64,000 bases of DNA from Callorhinchus milii (taxonomy: Eukaryota), in the NCBI RefSeq assembly GCF_018977255.1, contig NW_024704747.1, positions 21,266,001 through 21,330,000 on the forward strand, given 5' to 3'. Every line of letters begins with the position of its first letter. Position 1 is the first letter of the stretch. The notes beneath the pieces were generated by a model that worked only from the letters and a program-made list of their open reading frames with translations, was not told the DNA's origin and did no database searches. This document shows, piece after piece, positions 50,800 through 62,295 of this stretch. Both the position numbers and the translations under genes were made by a program.

Positions 50800-51300
50800 T
50801 GATCTTTCGAGTGAAATAAAAAAACACACACACACACACAAATCCCTCTCAAATTCCTTTGGAGTGGGGGAGAAGAGAGGGAGAGAGAGAGAGAGAGAGA
50901 AAAAAAGTCAGCAAGCACATAGGAACAGTAGCTGGAAGTTTGGGAGTCCCAACTCTTTGAAACCTGCCTTCACTTGCAGTTCAAGGTCAGTGTCAACTGG
51001 ATCATAAACTCCCACTGGGACTGCATTTGTGTTTTGAAATTACTTAAAGTAAAACTGAAAAAAAGATCCGTGGCAGCATTTACTGGTGTAAATCCGATTG
51101 GATCACCACTATCTCTCCTTCTGAGTTGCTCTTCTCTCCCCTGTCGATCAGATTTTACGCAGAGCGCAGACGCGTCGGGGCCAAAGTGAAACCCAACAAA
51201 GGTCACAAAACGTTGCAACCGATTGAAGGAGCGATGGTGAGTTATGCTGTCAAGAAGGCTGCACAACAAGGTTTAATACAAACCACTGCACCCACCCACC
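50800..51300 (-). promoter_or_regulatory. Putative MREG 5'UTR and proximal promoter
   Basis: Unique sequence directly upstream of the ATG, with local CpG enrichment (about 51140-51235), a (GA)n tract and nuclear-receptor half-sites (AGTTCAAGGTCA 50978-50989; AAAGGTCA 51198-51205). Confidence 0.55.
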
Positions 51301-54300
51301 CCTCTCTCTCGGTCCAAGTTCCAGCTTTCAGGGGGAAAAAAAAATTAAAGCCTGACGAAAATAAATGAACCTGTTCTTCAAGGTTTATATGAGACCCAGA
51401 AATTGTACAGGTGAGGATGAGGGCTGTTAACCCTGTTCCCGGGGGGTGGGGGGGTAGTGGGGGTGTGTGTGTGTGGGGGGGGGGTGATAATCCCTTCAAA
51501 ATAAATAAATAACATTATTTGGTCACTCAATCCACAGTTGTTTGTGGGGCGATTGTGCGCAATTGGCTGCAAAATATGTCCAGTCGATTCACTTCACACT
51601 ATATTCTGCGAAGATCTTTGAAACGTCTTAATGACGTGAAAAGGCGCTATATCAAATGCACGTATTACTGATATTGTATTGCCAAAAGTATCCTTTCCCA
51701 CTTACTGCAACTTGTTAGTCAGTGATGTTGCCATTAGATAGGACGTGGAGAAACACTATTGGAATTCCTTGTTTAAAGGGTACTTTACAATATATCTTAT
51801 TGCCTTCACCTGCTTACACTTACCAGATAAGAGGGCGTTTGCAGACTTTGCTCCATTAAGGAACTGTAGTTTATTTGGAAAAGGCTTATGAAATCATTTT
51901 CCTCACAACTCATGCAGTCTGTTTTATACCTAAAGGTTGTTTGTAAAGTTTAGCAGAAGTTTTTAAACAGTATAATCTTGATCTACTCTGCATGTGTAGT
52001 GCTCAGAATTTGACAAATTGTTGAATTCCTTCTCAATTTCAAAGTCTTTTTTTCTCTGTAGTTCTTAAACTTGCAGAAAACCAGCTTCATAAGTAAGACT
52101 GGACTGTAAGAATATGCCAAATTTTGGACACTCCAAAATGCTATGTAATCTGAGTAAATCTAGACCCAGGTGGGATTTCTTTCCAGTGGTTCCTTATCAT
52201 ATCGGATGCATTCTAATCCAGTGCATGTTAATTTGTTCCCAGGTTCACTGACCTAACATCGATACTGAGAACAACTGTGATTTGATGTCAGCGTAGGGAG
52301 GCACAGTGCAAGAATACTAAATGGACAGTCTTTACATGTTACAAAAAACTCTGAAATGTTTTGAGATGCTTGGACATGATAAAGCGCTATTATCAAACAC
52401 AAGGATTGTTATATTAATACTGGCCCAACAGGACGATCTATTGGGAAACAGCCGTGGATGGTTCCTAACAAGCGGTTTGGATTGTAAATACTTAGAAGTG
52501 CTCGACAGTTGCTTAGCACTCACCAGATCTCACTTGATGGAGTATTGGAGTCAGTTTCGAACTCCCAAGTTTAATGATATTTGGACCTTGGTGGACATCA
52601 GATGACGATTCACCAGATTAATATTTGAGTTGAAGGGGCTCAGTGATGATGAGAGGCTCGGTAGACTGGGATTATTGACTGAGGTGAAACATCTCATGAT
52701 CACCCACATCAAACATCACATGACTATCACCCAAATCCTCACCAGGCTTCATTGCCTCCCTCTACAAGTCTATACACAGTATACAGACCTGGATCACGTC
52801 CCCTTACAGTCTCTACACAGAATACAGACCTGGATAATGTCCCCTTTTAATTTTTTTTACAATAAAATCAGGTGTGGTTCTGTGAGTCTCTCTGAGATTC
52901 CTTAGTGAATGAATCCACTTTGACTCCAAAACATCTAGGTTATCAAAACTGAGCACAAAGTTCCATATTGTCGCTGAACCAGTGCTGCGTATAAGATTAG
53001 CTCAGCTTGTTTCGAGGGTTTAATCAAATCACATAGCATGATGAAATGCAGCGCTTGTTTACAAAACAAAGGCAAGAGGACACCATCTGGGGGCCAGAAC
53101 TATAGGCGCCCACATAAACATAGGCTGTGTCCTGTTCTTTCTTCTCCAGAGCAATGAAGAGCATTGGCCAGATGTTTGCTTTCACGCCATGTTAGTAATT
53201 AGATTTCAATGTATTCTGGGCAGAGAAGGCTCAGCAGATTCTTATCATTGAGAGCTCACGTATAACACCATCTGCAGACCCAAAACATCATTGCTTGTGA
53301 TTTTTAATAAGCTTCAAAAATAACTGGTAAACAATTTCTCCGACTGTGGCATGACTCTATCGCATCAGTAACTGAGATTGCCCATGTTCATGCCTTTAGC
53401 TCCAACAGTAACCTCAATGCACTGCTGCACCTAAAGGCACCAACACTGGCAATTTCAGAACTTCAGAACACTGGGGAACCCGAGCCTTGGCACCCAATAA
53501 TTTCTGGGATTAGATAATCTAGGTGGATCCTTCTGGGGAGCATGTCCTTATGCTTCCCATCAGCTCTGTGAAGCATTTTGAGGCATCTCTCAATGTGAAG
53601 TAGATCAAAGAGACAGGTCTTGAGGAGGCCTGTAAAAGTGCAAGGCTTTTCCTTCTACGCTTGTTCCAAATTCACTGCCTTTTCTTCAACACACGCAACG
53701 CAAGGTTGCAGATGTGGCCAAAATCTGGGGAGATTCAAAAGCAATGGTCACAAAGCAACCGTTGGGATCATGGTTGATTTCAGCCAGTTTATTAGTAAAA
53801 CCCCATGATCCAGAAGTGGCAACCCATAGTCCTATCTATTGCCTCCACTTCATTTTTGCTCTTTCTACAACATAGGCCACAAACCAGCACCTACGGCAAG
53901 TGGAATAGATTCCGTCATGGTGGCACTGATAGGCATTGCTGGCCTTTCAATGAGATGTTAAACTGAGTTCCCATCGAGCTGTTCAGTTGGAGATCATGGG
54001 AGTTAAAGATCCCTTGGCCTTACTCGAAAAGAGAAGTGAGTTTATTCCAGTGTTCTTGCCAACAATCATCCAAATAAAATTAGTCACTCATTCCATGGCT
54101 GTTTGTGGGAAATTGCTGTGTACAAATTGGCTGGCATATTTGCTCACAAAATAAACACGGTCATACAACTTTGCAGTACATTCCATGAAGCACTGAGACG
54201 TCTCGATGACGTGATAAGAATAACAAATGCAAGGATTTTACTATTATGATTCAAGGTACTTGAAAAAGAGAAATATTAAAGAGCATGGGGAGTAGAGCAT

Positions 54301-54769
54301 GATAGTGGGATTTGATCAGGGTGCTGGTGTAGAGAAAACCAAGGACGCAAAAAGCCCAGTGCTTCAGTTTCGTGCTGTAATATTGTATGATTGTCTGATG
54401 TCCTGCAGCACAGGACAGAGAGAGCGAGAGAGAGTAAAGCTCCCTCTAACTTCTCCCGCCGGGCATTCTCAGGTCAGTGGCCACACACAGACAGACAGAA
54501 ACAGTGTAAAGAACCAGCACAAAGAGAAAGAGTAAAGCTCACTCATCCTTGTCCCACTTAGGCAACTATGTTGAAAACAACAATATAAGCGGAATCATTT
54601 GAAATTAAATTGAAAAATTTGAATACAACAACAACAAATTGCACTTTATATAGCACCCAGACGTCCCAAGTCAAGGGTTAAGTTAAGTTAAGTGTTCGCA
54701 CCCGACCAGACTTTTGAAAACAATATAATTTGAATCATATGAAATTCAATTTTAAAAAATACTGTGTTG

Positions 54770-55400
54770 GCAGACTCTGACCCGAGCAACTATACTGAAC
54801 CAACCCATCAGACATTGACTCTCACAAGCTACACTGAACCAGCCTGGCACTGTATCTCTGCAACTGCACTAAACTAACCCCGACAGACACTAATTTGATG
54901 CATACTGATTCAGCCATGGTAGACCCTAACCCTCAGTGGATACACAAAAGCATCCTGGCACACTAATTGTATCCATACTGATCCAGCTCGAATAAGCATT
55001 GATTGCTGTGATAGAATCAGCCTTGGCAGACACTCTCACTCAGCAACTGCCCGTAACCCATCCTGGCAGACACTAATTGTGCAGCCAAACTGAACCAGCT
55101 CTGGCACACACTGATCTCAGCATCTACACCAAACCAGTGCTCTCAGATACTGTCATGGCACATGCACTCATCTTAGCAGTTATACACAACCAGCGTGAGC
55201 TGACACTGATTCTGCAGCAACATTTGAACCAGCCCTGGCAGCCACTAATTTACAGCCCAACTGAACCAGCCCTTGTCACACACCGACTCTCAACAGCAAC
55301 ACTAAACCAGCCCTGGCGGAAAACTGAACCAGCCCTGTCTGACACTGACTCACAGCAACACCACTGAACCAGTCATGATAGAAGCTAATTTGTAGACCTA
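54770..55400. repeat. Degenerate minisatellite, core ACTGAACCAGCCCTGGCA..CACT
   Basis: More than ten diverged units of roughly 35-45 bp. Confidence 0.8.
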
Positions 55401-55889
55401 CACTAAACAATGTACTTCAGGCCACTTAGGATGACACTTTAAAAGTTTGTTAAACCCCAGTTAAACTCAAACCCTTTCAAATTTCTCTTTAAGATATTCA
55501 TATTAAAATTGTTAGCAGTGCTTTTCCCTCCCTAACCCCGTTTTCTCTCTTTTTCACTCTCTCTCTCACACACATTCACACACTCTCTCTTATGTATAAT
55601 TATTTTTGTTGCTTTTCCCCCCCTCAGAGCACCCACCAAAAGCTCGAGCATCAACTTACTGTTAATTTTGATTTTACACATGCAACTCTTATATTGGCCC
55701 AGTCAGGGCCGGATTCAGATTCTTAAGGGCCCCTCTAAGAGAAAGAGAAAGAAGCAAACAAATTGTAGTTTTTTTTAAATACTTATATTTCTAGCTTATA
55801 GTTACAGGAATAAAACTGCCATAACATTTGAATTGTTTTCTTACTGTATGCTGTTTCAGCATCACTGCATCAGCACCAGGTTTCCCTAG

Positions 55890-56065
55890 TAATTTGTCAC
55901 TCAATTTACAACTGTTTGTGGGACACTGCTGTGCACAATTGGCTGCCACATTTCGCCCACAAAATATACAGTCAATTCACTTTACAGTATATTCTGTGAA
56001 ATGCTTTGATACATCACAAAGACGTGATAGGCACTATATCAAATGCAAAGATTATTATTAATATT
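55890..56065 (+). mobile_element. SINE 3' fragment
   Basis: ctgtttgtgggacactgctgtg...tatcaaatgcaaagattattatt. Confidence 0.85.
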
Positions 56066-56246
56066 ATAGTGCACACTGACAGCGTTGTTTGGACAGAGCC
56101 TGTTTCAGACTGCCCCACCGACTTTGAGAGGGAAGACAGTTTACATTCAAGAAACATTAAGATTGCTTTGGAGGGAGAAAACATTGCGGGAAACATAATA
56201 ATACATTTATCCCCAGTCAAAATATATTTGAACCATAAGTTCAAGT

Positions 56247-56582
56247 TGTGGAGTTCTGTAGCTCAGTGGTTAGAGCACTCGCTTTTGCAAGCGGGAGACC
56301 TGAGTTCAATTCCAGGCAGAGGGCGAAACCTTGGGCAAGTTTCCTTACTCCACACGCCTAATAATAATCCCTCCAAAACCAAAAACAATAATAAAAATTG
56401 GTCATTTTTAATCTACGACTGTTTGTGGGACATTGCTGTGCGCAATTGGCTGCCGCGTTCACCCACAAATATACAGTCAATTCACTTTACAGTGTGTTCT
56501 GTGAAGCGCTTTGGGACGTTCTCCCGACGTGAAAAGTGCTATGTCAAATACAAGGATTATTATTATTATTATTATTATTATA
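56247..56582 (+). mobile_element. tRNA-derived SINE, full length, short subtype
   Basis: gtggagttctgtagctcagtggttagagcac head, B box gagttcaattcc, long (TTA)n tail. Confidence 0.93.
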
Positions 56583-56777
56583 AGAAACTGTAACTTTCCC
56601 CATAGAAAATCATGTTTTGTGAGAAATATGCTATCTTATATCTTCATTTTAGGGAGATTGCCACGCTGGTTGATGACGAAACTATGAAGTGCTGTAATAA
56701 CCCTTCCCTTTTCTGTTACTGACAATGTTTGTCTTGATATCTGTGTATTATGGGAGAAAGAACTACAATATATAATG

Positions 56778-56803
56778 TTGCAATTGATACACTAGGTGGC
56801 ACA
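56778..56803 (+). promoter_or_regulatory. Candidate CTCF site
   Basis: Core acACTAGGTGGCAC preceded by a TGCAAT upstream-type motif. Confidence 0.45.
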
Positions 56804-57107
56804 CTGCTGGAAAATATATGTCAATGATTCAAGGCTCAGCTCCCATAGATATGACAGGCTGACACTCAATTCCTTGGCTCACACATCAACGATGACCACT
56901 TGGGTGCGTAGCAAAGGCCTAAAGAAAGTTAACCCCGTATGATTCGTTGTTATCAGGAGAGACGACGAGGGAAGAGAAGTAATGAATGTCAGAGAATATA
57001 ATCTGGATTGCCGTTGCAATTTGTGTTCCTTAGTATGAATGAGTTATTTCTATAACACAATTACTCACTTACACTAGAAGCTATAATTCACCACTTTGGT
57101 CATTTGA

Positions 57108-57520
57108 TTAATAACAACAACAACAAATTACATTTGTATAGTGCCTTTCATGTGTGGAGGACGTCCCAAGGCGCTGGACAGTCACGAATTGGGACCCGGG
57201 CAGGGATTTGGGATCAGGAGGGGTGGAGGGTAGGAAAGTAAGGGGTAGGAGGGTGACCGAAGGCACGGTCGAAGAGGACGGTCTTGAGAAATGCCTTGAA
57301 GGAGACGAGGAAGGGAGCAAGGCGAAGGGACTGTTTGATGGAGTTTCAAAGGGTTGGGGCAGAGAGGCTGAAGGCCCGACCGCGGATGGTGGGGAGGGCC
57401 GGGCGGGGGACATGGAGCAGGCTGGAGCCTGCTGAGTGGAAGGAGCGGGCAGGGAGATACGGGGTTAGCAGGTCACAGAGGTAGAAAGGAGCAAGGCCAT
57501 GGAGAGCTTTGAACACAAGG
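57108..57520 (-). mobile_element. L2 3' fragment
   Basis: (AAC)n tail and homology to 44558-45230. Confidence 0.88.
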
Positions 57521-58989
57521 GAGGATAGTTAGTAGTTGGTCATATCACATTTGATAAAAGTTTTGAGCCCTCACTGGGTACATAGCAGGTAACAGAATCT
57601 CCCTGCAAGCTTTGTGGGGTGTGACACAGCTCAGGATGAGCACTGCCACTATCCTCCAGCCCACATCTTGGACACATATCCAATACACATTCCAATTACA
57701 GCTATGTATACTGTCTTGCCTTTTGCGTTTTTTGGGGGCCAAATATAGTTGCAAAAATTTGCATCACACAAAAAAAAGGGATATTTTCTTGTATTTTCTG
57801 CAAATGTAAAAACATTGCATACTGAAAAGTCTGCATTGCCTGTGCATTCAATTACAACACAGGAGCCATTAAAATAGGCAAATTAACTTCCAGGACCCCA
57901 ACCATAAGTGCCCTTGCCACAAGACGATCTATACATCGGCAAACAGGCAGTAACAGTTCAGGCATACGAGCAGACACCTCTTGTTTTTCACTGATGTGAC
58001 CCACTTTAAGAACGAACAGCCCTATTTCTAGTAGAGATTGGCCTACAAACCCTTGTAAAGTAGGCTAGTCATGAATGCTGGTTAGACTTTAATCCTATTT
58101 TTGCAATATCCTTCCTCATTGTGGATTGAGCTGAAGTGAATACACCATGTTATCAGTTGTGTAATAACGTAACGCCTCTAATACCTACAGCTTGTATTCT
58201 GGCACTTTCAACAAATTCAGATGGTTTCATTATCAAATTTAACACTTAAAATTATCATAGTCATTTTACGTAGCTAAATATATTTTCTTTTGAACAACAT
58301 GTAAGCAACATATAATACATGGGAACGCTAAATGCATTTATGTCTTTTATACTGAGACTTGTAACATTCTACTTATAATGGTGTCAGCCTGGCTCAGTTG
58401 TTCACATTCTTGCTTCGAAGTCTCAATGGCGGGACTTTGAACTCACACAGTGAGGCTGCTATTCCAAAGCATTGCTGGGGTGTGCTGCAGTATTGGTGGT
58501 GGTGCTATCCTCTGCCAAGTATAGTGACTGTAGGCAAATGCACAATAAATCCAAGCAGTATTAAGTTGCAGCTTAATAACATATTCATTAGAGGAAAATT
58601 TTGTAGCAGTCGTGAAATAAATATTTCTGGATTCATCAAGCTGAGGAAATTAGAAATTCTGATAAACTTTATTTTCCATCTTCAGAGCATGAAGCTGTTT
58701 TAATTGAGGAGCTTGAGTGAGCTGTTGCTATGGTGAAAACGGGTTTTCCTCAAATTCACTTCTCCATCCTGTCACACCGACACGATATCCCTCGCTTGAT
58801 CTCTATATCACAAGCATTTTTGCTTCAATCCAGTTGGTTGCAGTAACAATGAAGAATGAAGTGACAATTCGGCGTATTTTCTGTGCTGTGGTAATTTGTG
58901 CTGTACTAAGTTAATTCAGTCAAAAGGAACAGTGTTATATTAATAATATAATGGCAATAAGTTGATCTTAATGTGGAGTCTGTTCTTCC

Positions 58990-59315
58990 GTTCAGCGGGC
59001 TCCGGGCTGCTCCATGTCTCCTGCCCGACCCGCCCTACCATCAGTGGCCGGGCTTTTAGCCTCTCTGCCCCCACACTCTGGAATTCCATCCCACGATCCC
59101 TTCACCTCGCTTCCTCCCTTGCCTCCTTCAAGGCCGGTCTCAAGACCCTTCTCTTCGACCGTACCTTTGGTCTCCCTCCCACCTCTCTGCCTTCCCTCAC
59201 CCCTACACCATCCCCCCTCCCCCATGCTCGGGCCCCGACACCTGACTGTTCAGCGCTTTGGGATATCCTTCCGACATGAAGAGCGCTCTATAAATGTCAT
59301 TTTGTTGTTGTTGTT
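58990..59315 (+). mobile_element. L2 3' fragment
   Basis: GRAFSLSAPTLWNSIPRSLHLASSLASFKAGLKTLLF is the canonical L2 ORF2 C-terminus. (GTT)n tail present. Confidence 0.92.
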
Positions 59316-60357
59316 TTTGAGTCTAATGTAGTTCAGTTATCTCTCCTGGAAGATACATGTTTGTTGAGATCAGGTAAAGGACAGCATTTGTCTAGGTCTT
59401 CCCGTGAGTAGAAATAAATTGTGTTCTTGTAACCACAATATTTTATCTCGCGTCTTTTATGTTCAAAATGTTGTGCTCTCGTCATGGAAGTTTTCCAGTC
59501 AGTTTTAGAATGCAGGGATAATTCCTAGACAGTCTGTGGAACTCGGATAAATAAGCATCTAGTAATCATCGTATTTACTCACTCCAAAATGCTGATGTGA
59601 ACAATGACTGAAAATCCCTCAAACAAATGAATATTGTCCAGTCTTAGCACTTTACCAAAGTGGAGTTAAAGATAGTGAACAACTGTTTGGGTAAAAATCA
59701 AGATCAGCATTGGTAGAGATACAAAGAATATTTTGAGGGTCAAGGGATCAATTAGGAGATGAGTTAAAAAAAACTAACACAACAACTTGCATTTATATAG
59801 CGCCCATCACACTGGACTGCGTCTCAGAGTGCTTGACACAAAAAGGATGAAGATCATCATTTGGGAATAAAAATGTATTGGTCTCCATCAATGTGTTACT
59901 TTTATACTCCATTTGAATGACCATTTATAACTTTACCATAAACCTTTATTAGTGACCCCTTTATTCCCCTATACGGTACAGAGACCAATGTAAGCAATAT
60001 TCACTAGAATAAATAAATGCATTCTTTAATCTACAATTAATTGCTGCAATGTTGTGTAGGAATGGAAATTTGAGAATGTTTTCACATTTCTTACAGTTCA
60101 ATAGTATGACTCCATTCTACAGCCTTTAGATAACTTGCAGGTTTATTAAATTCCTAAAAGTGATGCGATATAAGAAAAAGTCATCGTGTTTATTGTGTGT
60201 TGACTGTCTTTTATTTGAAGCCTGAATGTAAGATTACTTTTTTTATTTACCTAAAATACCTGACTTCCTATGGTTACATTGATTTACGGGACTTTTTGAG
60301 AAGCTTTTTAACTGTATATTCAGAACAAAGAACGTTATTAAAAGCATCCTTGACCCT

Positions 60358-60678
60358 TAATAATAATAATCCTTGCATTTGATATAGCGCTTTTCACGTC
60401 AGGAGGACGTCCCAAAGCGCTTCACAGAACACACTGTAAAGTGAATTGACTGTATATTTGTGGGCGAACGCGGCAGCCAATTGCGCACAGCAATGTCCCA
60501 CAAACAGTCATAGATTGAAAATGACAAATTTATTATTGTTTTTGGTTTTGGAGGGATTATTATTAGGCTCTGTGTGGAGTAAGGAAACTTGCCCAAGGTT
60601 TCGCCCTCTGCCTGGAATTGAACTCAGCTCTCTCGCTTGTAAAGCGAGTGCTCTAACCACTGAGCTACAGGACTCCAC
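60358..60678 (-). mobile_element. tRNA-derived SINE, full length, short subtype
   Basis: Near-identical to the 8432 and 56247 copies. Confidence 0.93.
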
Positions 60679-62171
60679 TTCAAGACATCTGAAACAAACA
60701 CTGACAATTCCAATGAGTCTGTGGTGTTTAATGTATGTCAGCAGTTTGTTGTGTTAGTTTATCATCTGAATCTATTTTCACCCCTAAAAAGAAGCAGAAT
60801 TTCCCCAGACAGACAGAAAAGGAAATGAGCAACAGATATAACGGCACATTTTAGATTTCAAATGGAGATGTGACTGATGAACCTTGTAGCGTGCTAGATG
60901 CAGGAATTGTCTTCTGATGAGAGTTATCCAACTGTATCCCATTGAATCATTGAAAAAAAATTAGGTAAAAAGATTTCAGTAAATCTGCAGCCACTTTTTA
61001 CAGTGATAATGATAGTACCAGGAATGCATAAACCTATACACTGAAATGTAATGGGCCAAATTGTTGGTAATACTGACAGACCTCCAATATCCTGCCCAAG
61101 CAGTTTATGTGTAAGGCCAGACAGTAAATGTCAGCAGCTTGCTCCTCTGTTAGTGTGGGTTGGTGGGTATAAGTCAGTTACCGCAGAAACCAGAGTCTGG
61201 AAATTTAGAATATATAGAATAAAACAATCTTCTAAACACTCATCCCATGCACAGAAGTAGAAACTAACTTTCCCAATTTTAAATGTATCCCTTTCTATCC
61301 ATTCTTGATTATTACTTAAATGACCAAATTATTTTTGGGGTACTGGTGTTATGTTGCTTCTCAAAGGAGTTTTTTTTTTAAATACGCAAACTATATTTTT
61401 CCTGCTCTTTTGTTTTTATTGACTCTCAAGGGAATGCACCCTTGAACTATTAAAATGACACTTTTTTCACTGTCGGTTTGGGAACTGCACAATTGAGAAG
61501 AAATGCGATCACTAATGCCTTTCTCAGCATGGTTGTTGCACTAACCTTGATAAATATGCAACTTCCGTGTTAAGCATACATAAAAGTCAAAGGACATTTC
61601 TATGGCTATCATATCAATTCCATTTCAGCTGGGTGGAGATTCATTTTTATTAGTGTAATGGTTCTCACAACACTGATATATTAAAGTATCTCCTGTATTC
61701 TCTGATCCCTCAGATACTAACCATAAAATATACAGTCAATTCACTTTACAGTATATTCTATGAAGCGCTTTGAGATGTCATTTATCTTCTTAAAGCTTAC
61801 ACTGCAATTAGGAAGCATTTAGTTTTTCACGCCTATCCCCATACTTCCCGTCGCACTCGATCAAACAGATTTTTCAAGAACTCAGAGAATTTATTTACCA
61901 GTAGTGAAAGGTGGAATCAAATGGCACAATCGTGGGACTTGAAATTTGTGTTGACCAACCGCATAATTTGAACTACTGATTTTTTAAAACAAAAATTCCT
62001 GTACCTCCTACCCCTAGAACTTCAGGTTTGTGCCTCTCCATCACAAGTCTGTGATCAACCCAGTTGTGGGAGATGTGTTCAAGTAACCATCAGCTGTAAA
62101 AACTGGTCAGGAAATGAGTGTTGTAACCAGTAGATTGCTTGCATACCTCTAATTATGATGAGTTTAACATC

Positions 62172-62295
62172 AATAATAATGAAAAATAATAATCCTTGCA
62201 TTTGATATAGTACCTTATCACGTCTTTGCGATGTCTCAAAGCACTTCACAAAATATACTGTAAAGTGAATTGACTCTGTATTTTGTGGGCGAAAC
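62172..62295 (-). mobile_element. SINE 3' fragment
   Basis: aataatccttgcatttgatatag tail. Similar short fragments lie at about 6270-6475, 12820-12945, 14725-14840, 25400-25530, 27435-27505, 49630-49737, 50330-50585 and 51480-51670. Confidence 0.85.

Noticed and set aside
54770-55400. CRISPR-like repeat-spacer pattern
   Set aside because: Eukaryotic DNA, degenerate repeats and mutually similar linkers indicate a minisatellite.
56247-56325. tRNA-like cloverleafs (TGC anticodon-like loop) in SINE heads
   Set aside because: Each continues into a SINE body and tail and varies between copies. They are retroposon heads, not tRNA genes.
56006-56593. Longest ORF in the track (195 aa) and recurrent peptides such as [17 protein letters not shown]
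   Set aside because: These are translations of SINE copies. The recurrence reflects the repeat, not a protein family.
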